DNA of 64,000 nucleotides from Escherichia coli (GTDB lineage Bacteria; Pseudomonadota; Gammaproteobacteria; Enterobacterales; Enterobacteriaceae): NCBI RefSeq assembly GCF_003018255.1, contig NZ_CP027440.1; one strand, 5' to 3'. Shown piece by piece: positions 57,190 to 64,000 of this stretch (position 1 is its first letter; each line of letters starts with the position of its first letter). The notes under the pieces were generated by a model. It saw only the letters and a program-made list of their open reading frames with translations, ran no database searches and was not told where the DNA came from. The position numbers and the translations under genes were made by a program.

Positions 57190-57393
57190 AAATTACCGAC
57201 GACCTCTGAAGTTATCCTGACGTTTTACAGGCTTTGTATTAAGAAACTATTAAGCCTGTGAGATATTATTTTTACAGGTGAGAGAGTCACTTCAGGGTAG
57301 AGAGATAATGAGAACAGCTATATAAGAGATCAGCGCAATTACGAACTCTTTATTACACTGACAGGATTTTACATATTTAACGGATTATCCTCA

Positions 57394-57419
57394 GGAAAAA
57401 GGGCTGGAATACCAGCCCT
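57394..57419 (-). terminator. Rho-independent terminator of the kbl-tdh operon
   Basis: Hairpin agggctggaataccagccct immediately after the tdh stop, followed on the minus strand by a U-run (plus-strand aaaaa). Confidence 0.65.
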
Positions 57420-57427
57420 TGTTTGTG

Positions 57428-58453
57428 TTAATCCCAGCTCAGGATAACTTTCCCGGACTGGCCCGAACGCATGGCGTCAAAGCCCTTCTGGAAATCATCG
57501 ATAGAGAAACGATGAGTAATGATCGGCGAAAGATCGAGGCCAGACTGAATCAGCGCCGCCATCTTGTACCAGGTTTCAAACATCTCACGACCGTAAATAC
57601 CTTTAATGAACAAGCCTTTAAAGATCACTTTGGTCCAGTCTATCGACATGTCAGAAGGTGGAATACCCAGCATCGCAATACGACCGCCGTGGTTCATGGT
57701 GTCAAGCATGGTACGAAACGCTGGCGGCGCACCGGACATTTCCAGACCGACATCAAAGCCTTCGGTCATGCCCAGTTCTGCCATCACATCATTGAGGTTC
57801 TCTTTAGCGACGTTAACCGCACGGGTGATACCCATTTTACGCGCCAACTCAAGGCGGTATTCGTTAACATCAGTAATCACCACGTAACGTGCACCAACGT
57901 GTTTCGCCACCGCCGCCGCCATAATACCAATCGGGCCTGCACCAGAGACCAGCACATCCTCGCCCACCAGATCGAACGACAGCGCGGTATGCACGGCGTT
58001 ACCGAAGGGATCAAAAATGGAAGCCAGATCATCGGAGATATTGTCGGGGATTTTGAAAGCGTTGAACGCCGGAATCACCAGATACTCGGCGAAGCAGCCC
58101 GGACGGTTAACGCCGACGCCGATCGTGTTGCGGCACAGATGGGTACGACCGCCACGACAGTTGCGACAGTGACCGCAGGTGATATGGCCTTCGCCAGAAA
58201 CGCGATCGCCAATCTTGAAGCCTTTCACTTCCTGACCAATACCTACCACTTCACCGACATATTCATGACCCACGACCATCGGCACCGGGATGGTTTTTTG
58301 CGACCACTCATCCCAGTTATAGATGTGAACGTCAGTCCCGCAGATGGCTGTTTTACGGATTTTAATCAGCAGATCGTTATGCCCGAGTTCCGGTACAGGA
58401 ACGTCGGTCATCCAGATGCCCTCTTCCGCTTTCAGTTTGGATAACGCTTTCAT
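57428..58453 (-). CDS. tdh: L-threonine 3-dehydrogenase (zinc-dependent MDR family)
   Basis: 341 aa, [43 protein letters not shown]…. Confidence 0.9.
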   Translation of the reverse strand: MKALSKLKAEEGIWMTDVPVPELGHNDLLIKIRKTAICGTDVHIYNWDEWSQKTIPVPMVVGHEYVGEVVGIGQEVKGFKIGDRVSGEGHITCGHCRNCRGGRTHLCRNTIGVGVNRPGCFAEYLVIPAFNAFKIPDNISDDLASIFDPFGNAVHTALSFDLVGEDVLVSGAGPIGIMAAAVAKHVGARYVVITDVNEYRLELARKMGITRAVNVAKENLNDVMAELGMTEGFDVGLEMSGAPPAFRTMLDTMNHGGRIAMLGIPPSDMSIDWTKVIFKGLFIKGIYGREMFETWYKMAALIQSGLDLSPIITHRFSIDDFQKGFDAMRSGQSGKVILSWD

Positions 58454-58462
58454 CTCACATCC

Positions 58463-59659
58463 TCAGGCGATAACGCCCAGTTGTTTACCAATACGCGTGA
58501 ATGCTTCTACTGCACGCGTAATTTGCTCAGGGGTATGCGCCGCAGACATCTGGGTACGAATACGCGCCTGACCTTTCGGAACGACCGGATAGAAGAAACC
58601 GGTGACGTAAATCCCCTCTTTTTGCAGCTCACGGGCAAATTTCTGCGCCACTACCGCATCGCCAAGCATGACCGGAATAATGGCGTGATCGGCTCCCGCC
58701 AGGGTAAAGCCCGCCGCCGACATTTGCTCACGGAACTGACGCGCGTTCGCCCACAGACGGTCACGCAGCTCGCTACCCGCTTCAACCATCTCCAGCACTT
58801 TGATGGAAGCGGCAACAATGGCCGGTGCCAGCGAGTTGGAGAACAGGTACGGACGAGAACGCTGGCGCAGCCACTCAACCACTTCTTTGCGCGCCGCGGT
58901 ATAACCACCAGAAGCCCCGCCCAGCGCTTTACCAAGCGTACCGGTGATAATATCGACCCGCCCCATCACATCGCAGTATTCATGGGAACCACGACCGTTT
59001 TCACCGACAAAACCTACCGCGTGTGAGTCATCTACCATCACCAGGGCATCATATTTATCTGCCAGATCGCAAACGCCTTTCAGGTTGGCAATCACGCCGT
59101 CCATCGAGAACACACCATCGGTGGCAATCAGCACATGACGCGCACCGGCTTCACGCGCTTCTTTCAGACGTGCTTCCAGCTCCTGCATATCGTTGTTGGC
59201 ATAACGATAGCGTTTAGCTTTGCACAGACGCACACCATCAATAATAGACGCGTGGTTCAGTGCGTCGGAGATAATGGCGTCTTCCGCGCCCAACAGCGTT
59301 TCGAACAGGCCACCGTTAGCATCAAAGCAGGAAGAGTAGAGAATCGCATCTTCCATCCCCAGGAAGGCCGCCAGTTTTTGTTCAAGCTCTTTATGGCTGT
59401 CCTGAGTGCCGCAAATAAAACGCACCGAAGCCATGCCGAAACCGTGAGAATCCATTCCCGCCTTTGCCGCCGCAATCAGATCCGGATGATTCGCCAGTCC
59501 GAGATAGTTATTGGCACAAAAGTTAATGACGTGGCTTCCATCAGCCACAGTGATATCTGCTTGCTGCGCAGACGTAATAATGCGCTCTTCTTTAAACAAC
59601 CCTTCCGCCCGTGCGGTTTCCAGATCGTTGGTTAACTGCTGATAAAATTCTCCACGCAT
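58463..59659 (-). CDS. kbl: 2-amino-3-ketobutyrate CoA ligase (glycine C-acetyltransferase)
   Basis: 398 aa, PLP-dependent alpha-oxoamine synthase family; directly upstream of tdh. Confidence 0.9.
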   Translation of the reverse strand: MRGEFYQQLTNDLETARAEGLFKEERIITSAQQADITVADGSHVINFCANNYLGLANHPDLIAAAKAGMDSHGFGMASVRFICGTQDSHKELEQKLAAFLGMEDAILYSSCFDANGGLFETLLGAEDAIISDALNHASIIDGVRLCKAKRYRYANNDMQELEARLKEAREAGARHVLIATDGVFSMDGVIANLKGVCDLADKYDALVMVDDSHAVGFVGENGRGSHEYCDVMGRVDIITGTLGKALGGASGGYTAARKEVVEWLRQRSRPYLFSNSLAPAIVAASIKVLEMVEAGSELRDRLWANARQFREQMSAAGFTLAGADHAIIPVMLGDAVVAQKFARELQKEGIYVTGFFYPVVPKGQARIRTQMSAAHTPEQITRAVEAFTRIGKQLGVIA

Positions 59660-59872
59660 TGCGATTCTCCAGACAGGGCAAATTCCAGCACATATTACCC
59701 AAACTTATAGGTTGCGACGAGATGACGCGTTAACACTTCTGCAAAATTCAGGATAAATAACGTCCAGCCCCCTCACTTTTGGTGAATGGCTGAAGCCAAC
59801 GTCATGTAGTGATATGATAGAAGTATTCGTGTCTGAGATTGTCTCTGACTCCATAATTCGAAGGTTACAGTT

Positions 59873-60805
59873 ATGATCATCGTTACCGGCGGCGCGGGCT
59901 TTATCGGAAGCAACATCGTTAAAGCCCTGAATGATAAAGGCATCACCGATATTCTGGTGGTGGACAACCTGAAAGACGGCACCAAGTTTGTGAACCTGGT
60001 GGATCTGGATATCGCGGACTATATGGATAAGGAAGACTTCCTGATCCAGATTATGGCTGGCGAAGAGTTCGGCGATGTCGAAGCGATTTTCCACGAAGGC
60101 GCGTGCTCTTCCACCACCGAGTGGGACGGCAAGTATATGATGGATAACAACTATCAATACTCCAAAGAGCTGCTGCACTACTGTCTGGAGCGCGAAATCC
60201 CGTTCCTGTATGCCTCTTCCGCAGCCACTTACGGTGGACGCACCTCCGACTTTATTGAATCCCGCGAATATGAAAAACCGTTGAATGTCTACGGTTACTC
60301 AAAATTCCTGTTTGATGAATATGTTCGCCAAATCCTGCCTGAAGCGAACTCACAGATTGTTGGCTTCCGTTATTTCAACGTTTATGGACCGCGTGAAGGC
60401 CATAAAGGCAGCATGGCGAGCGTCGCTTTCCATCTCAACACCCAGCTTAATAACGGTGAATCACCGAAGCTGTTCGAAGGTAGCGAGAACTTCAAACGTG
60501 ACTTCGTCTATGTGGGCGATGTGGCAGATGTAAACCTGTGGTTCCTGGAAAATGGCGTTTCCGGCATCTTCAACCTCGGTACTGGTCGTGCGGAATCCTT
60601 CCAGGCAGTAGCAGATGCTACGCTTGCTTATCACAAGAAAGGCCAAATCGAATACATTCCGTTCCCGGATAAACTGAAAGGCCGCTACCAGGCGTTCACG
60701 CAGGCAGATCTGACAAATCTGCGCGCGGCGGGTTACGACAAACCGTTTAAAACCGTTGCCGAAGGCGTAACGGAATACATGGCCTGGCTGAATCGTGACG
60801 CATAA
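59873..60805 (+). CDS. hldD: ADP-L-glycero-D-manno-heptose 6-epimerase
   Basis: 310 aa, [23 protein letters not shown]… (Rossmann motif); start of the LPS inner-core operon. Confidence 0.9.
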
Positions 60806-60814
60806 GAGCTCTGC

Positions 60815-61861
60815 ATGAAAATACTGGTGATCGGCCCGTCTTGGGTTGGCGACATGATGATGTCGCAAAGTCTCTATCGCACGCTCCAGGCGCGCTATCC
60901 CCAGGCGATAATCGACGTGATGGCACCGGCATGGTGCCGTCCATTATTATCGCGGATGCCGGAAGTTAACGAAGCTATTCCTATGCCTCTCGGTCACGGA
61001 GCGCTGGAAATCGGCGAACGCCGCAAACTGGGTCATAGCCTGCGCGAAAAACGTTACGACCGCGCCTACGTTTTACCCAACTCCTTCAAATCCGCATTAG
61101 TGCCTTTCTTCGCGGGTATTCCTCATCGCACCGGCTGGCGCGGCGAAATGCGCTACGGTTTACTCAACGATGTGCGTGTGCTGGATAAAGAAGCCTGGCC
61201 GCTGATGGTGGAACGCTATGTGGCGCTGGCCTATGACAAAGGTATTATGCGTACCGCACAAGATCTGCCGCAGCCATTGTTATGGCCGCAGTTGCAGGTG
61301 AGCGAAGGTGAAAAATCATATACCTGTAATCAATTTTCGCTTTCATCAGAACGTCCGATGATTGGTTTTTGCCCGGGTGCGGAGTTTGGTCCGGCAAAAC
61401 GCTGGCCACACTACCACTATGCGGAGCTGGCAAAGCAACTGATTGATGAAGGTTATCAGGTGGTTCTGTTTGGCTCGGCGAAAGATCATGAAGCGGGCAA
61501 TGAGATTCTTGCCGCTTTGAATACCGAGCAGCAGGCATGGTGTCGTAACCTGGCGGGGGAAACACAGCTTGATCAAGCGGTTATCCTGATTGCAGCCTGT
61601 AAAGCCATTGTTACTAACGATTCTGGCCTGATGCACGTTGCGGCGGCGCTCAATCGTCCGCTGGTTGCCCTGTATGGTCCGAGTAGCCCGGACTTCACAC
61701 CGCCGCTATCCCATAAAGCGCGCGTGATCCGCCTGATTACCGGCTATCACAAAGTGCGTAAAGGTGACGCTGCGGAGGGTTATCACCAGAGCTTGATCGA
61801 CATTACTCCCCAGCGCGTACTGGAAGAACTCAACGCGCTATTGTTACAAGAGGAAGCCTGA
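60815..61861 (+). CDS. waaF: ADP-heptose:LPS heptosyltransferase II
   Basis: 348 aa, GT9 family; follows hldD. Confidence 0.9.
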   Translation: MKILVIGPSWVGDMMMSQSLYRTLQARYPQAIIDVMAPAWCRPLLSRMPEVNEAIPMPLGHGALEIGERRKLGHSLREKRYDRAYVLPNSFKSALVPFFAGIPHRTGWRGEMRYGLLNDVRVLDKEAWPLMVERYVALAYDKGIMRTAQDLPQPLLWPQLQVSEGEKSYTCNQFSLSSERPMIGFCPGAEFGPAKRWPHYHYAELAKQLIDEGYQVVLFGSAKDHEAGNEILAALNTEQQAWCRNLAGETQLDQAVILIAACKAIVTNDSGLMHVAAALNRPLVALYGPSSPDFTPPLSHKARVIRLITGYHKVRKGDAAEGYHQSLIDITPQRVLEELNALLLQEEA

Positions 61862-61864
61862 CGG

Positions 61865-62845
61865 ATGCGGGTTTTGATCGTTAAAACATCGTCGATGGGC
61901 GATGTTCTCCATACGTTGCCCGCACTCACTGATGCCCAGCAGGCAATCCCAGGGATTAAGTTTGACTGGGTGGTGGAAGAAGGGTTCGCACAGATTCCTT
62001 CCTGGCACGCCGCCGTTGAGCGAGTTATTCCTGTGGCAATACGTCGCTGGCGTAAAGCCTGGTTCTCGGCCCCCATAAAAGCTGAACGCAAAGCGTTTCG
62101 TGAAGCGCTACAAGCAGAGAACTATGACGCAGTTATCGACGCTCAGGGGCTGGTAAAAAGCGCGGCGCTGGTGACGCGTCTGGCGCATGGCGTAAAGCAT
62201 GGCATGGACTGGCAAACCGCTCGCGAACCTTTAGCCAGCCTGTTTTACAATCGTAAGCATCATATTGCAAAACAGCAGCACGCCGTAGAACGCACCCGCG
62301 AACTGTTTGCCAAAAGTCTGGGCTACAGCAAACCGCAAACCCAGGGCGATTATGCTATCGCACAGCATTTCCTGACGAACCTGCCTACAGATGCTGGCGA
62401 ATATGCCGTATTTCTTCATGCGACGACCCGTGATGATAAACACTGGCCGGAAGAACACTGGCGAGAATTGATTGGTTTACTGGCTGATTCAGGAATACGG
62501 ATTAAACTTCCGTGGGGCGCGCCGCATGAGGAAGAACGGGCGAAACGACTGGCGGAAGGATTTGCTTATGTTGAAGTATTGCCGAAGATGAGTCTGGAAG
62601 GCGTTGCCCGCGTGCTGGCCGGGGCTAAATTTGTAGTGTCGGTGGATACGGGGTTAAGCCATTTAACGGCGGCACTGGATAGACCCAATATCACGGTTTA
62701 TGGACCTACCGATCCGGGATTAATTGGTGGGTATGGGAAGAATCAGATGGTTTGTAGGGCTCCGGGGAATGAGTTGTCTCAATTGACAGCAAATGCTGTT
62801 AAGCAATTCATTGAAGAAAACGCTGAAAAAGCTGCCATGATTTAA
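61865..62845 (+). CDS. waaC: ADP-heptose:LPS heptosyltransferase I
   Basis: 326 aa, GT9 family; follows waaF. Confidence 0.9.
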   Translation: MRVLIVKTSSMGDVLHTLPALTDAQQAIPGIKFDWVVEEGFAQIPSWHAAVERVIPVAIRRWRKAWFSAPIKAERKAFREALQAENYDAVIDAQGLVKSAALVTRLAHGVKHGMDWQTAREPLASLFYNRKHHIAKQQHAVERTRELFAKSLGYSKPQTQGDYAIAQHFLTNLPTDAGEYAVFLHATTRDDKHWPEEHWRELIGLLADSGIRIKLPWGAPHEEERAKRLAEGFAYVEVLPKMSLEGVARVLAGAKFVVSVDTGLSHLTAALDRPNITVYGPTDPGLIGGYGKNQMVCRAPGNELSQLTANAVKQFIEENAEKAAMI

Positions 62846-62871
62846 ATTACAACTCTTTAATAGATAATTTT

Positions 62872-62905
62872 GAAATAAAATCAGCTTCCTTGCTGATTTT
62901 ATTTC
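62872..62905. terminator. Bidirectional rho-independent terminator between convergent waaC and waaL
   Basis: Perfect 14-bp inverted repeat gaaataaaatcagc / gctgattttatttc around a 6-nt loop, A/T-rich on both flanks. Confidence 0.65.
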
Positions 62906-62914
62906 ACATATTCA

Positions 62915-64000
62915 TTACTTATCTAATAAACATTGGTCCGATTGTGCTTTAAAATAAGCACAAAGCAATATTATGGTGACAAACACAGCAGTCGGAACCG
63001 GTTTAGAAAAGAGTATTACATCACTTAGGCCTACTACCAGTAGTGAAAAAAGCAAGATTAAAATATAAGGTTCTTTAGCAGTTCTTAAGGCATATATGAA
63101 TATTGCTGAAAAGGCTAAAATTGTTAATGCTACTCCAGGAATACCACGCGTTGATAACGTATCTATGAGATCGTTATGCAAATGAGAATCTACAAAGGGT
63201 AAAGCGCCACTTAATCTAGGCTCTTTCTCTTCTAGTTCATGTATTTTTTCCGCACGTTTTTCCAGTGATTGTCCTATTGGAGAATATGTTTTTAAACCAA
63301 CTTCATACATTGCCAGACGGGCACCGACTGAAGTTCTGGTGTTATCATGCGAATAATTAACTAAATCCCTATTTAAGTCATTCATTCTCGTAAGTAATGT
63401 ATCTTTAAAAGAAAATACACCTGCTAATAATGCAATCGCAATAAAACAATATAACTTATAATTAATTCGCTTATTAATATAACTATCCATTACGATTAAT
63501 AGTAACGCAAAGAATGGAAACACTAATATGGCTGCACGCGTTTCAGTTACTATAACAGCACATAAGCTAAGCATGAAGTTAATTGTATATAATGTTGTTT
63601 TATGTCTAAAGTCGGATTTTAAAATGAGAATTGATGCCAGTAAAGAAGGGAAAAGGATGATGTAGCCTGCTGTTGTAGCGTGGGACGCTGATAATGCAAC
63701 ACGGTCGACGTTTAAATAGAAATGTTGCCACATGGCATGCGCAAAAAAAAGTAACTGCGTTGCCAGGGATGCGAACAGAATTAGTTTCCCAAATTTTATT
63801 TTGGTTCTCATCTCATCTTTAGCAAAAAGAACTAAGAAAATAAAAGCACTACACAAGGCAATTTTTCCAGTTTCCATTGGGCCACGATATGCATTGGTAT
63901 AAACCGAGCCTGAAACTTTATAATGTGAATACCAGATGATATTAACGATACCCAAAAGACATAATGAGATGAAAATTAACAAAGTAGGATTATTAGTTAT
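62915..64000 (-). CDS. waaL: Polytopic membrane protein, probable O-antigen ligase (C-terminal part; 5' end beyond the window)
   Basis: Frame is open from 62915 to the window end; AT-rich and highly hydrophobic with multiple TM segments; convergent with waaC, as waaL is in some LPS core types. Assignment is positional and compositional. Confidence 0.55.
   Translation of the reverse strand: MTNNPTLLIFISLCLLGIVNIIWYSHYKVSGSVYTNAYRGPMETGKIALCSAFIFLVLFAKDEMRTKIKFGKLILFASLATQLLFFAHAMWQHFYLNVDRVALSASHATTAGYIILFPSLLASILILKSDFRHKTTLYTINFMLSLCAVIVTETRAAILVFPFFALLLIVMDSYINKRINYKLYCFIAIALLAGVFSFKDTLLTRMNDLNRDLVNYSHDNTRTSVGARLAMYEVGLKTYSPIGQSLEKRAEKIHELEEKEPRLSGALPFVDSHLHNDLIDTLSTRGIPGVALTILAFSAIFIYALRTAKEPYILILLFSLLVVGLSDVILFSKPVPTAVFVTIILLCAYFKAQSDQCLLDK

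Noticed and set aside
57419-58444. A 341-aa plus-strand ORF that is antisense to, and almost exactly coextensive with, tdh
   Set aside because: The minus-strand frame encodes a clear zinc-dependent threonine dehydrogenase; the plus-strand product is low-complexity and rich in H/R/T. I treat it as a stop-free mirror frame of a GC-biased gene, although its full length is unusual.
59705-60178. A 157-aa minus-strand ORF upstream of and overlapping hldD, considered as a possible htrL remnant
   Set aside because: It overlaps the 5' end of the well-supported hldD gene and has no membrane or glycosyltransferase-like features; the region is too short to hold an htrL-sized gene.

Overview
Enterobacterial (Escherichia coli-like) chromosomal segment running from the yiaK-sgbE sugar-acid operon to the start of the waa LPS-core cluster. 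Gene order reads yiaKLMNO-lyxK-sgbHUE, yiaT/U/V/W, aldB, yiaY, selBA, yibF, an rhs element, yibHI, mtlADR, yibT, yibL, lldPRD, trmL, cysE, gpsA, secB, grxC, yibN, gpmM, envC, yibQ, waaH, tdh-kbl, hldD-waaFC and a convergent membrane protein taken to be waaL. Assignments rest on reading the supplied six-frame translations against remembered protein families; no database search was run. Relative to the K-12 gene order as I recall it, several blocks look accessory: (1) an AraC-regulator/GPH-symporter/GH127-like hydrolase cassette between sgbE and yiaT; (2) a class II Fic-domain gene between aldB and yiaY, preceded by two matching palindromes; (3) an rhs element whose N-terminal PAAR-motif region is out of frame with the body and whose C-terminal tip carries an HExxH motif, followed by a candidate immunity gene, a 27-bp rhs-start remnant, a further two-gene module and an ISAs1-like transposase remnant; (4) a lipoprotein plus 1750-aa trimeric autotransporter adhesin between yibL and lldP, with a near-identical 234-bp tandem array; (5) no htrL between kbl and hldD and a convergent waaL. 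I see no CRISPR array, tRNA/rRNA gene, integrase or intact prophage, and no convincing wholly new multi-gene system; the rhs toxin/immunity module and the Fic insertion are the best candidates for uncharacterised biology. Coordinate caution: the printed sequence has small glitches (the line starting at 6241 is 2 nt short), so reading frames follow the ORF track and motif coordinates read from the text may be off by 1-2 nt.
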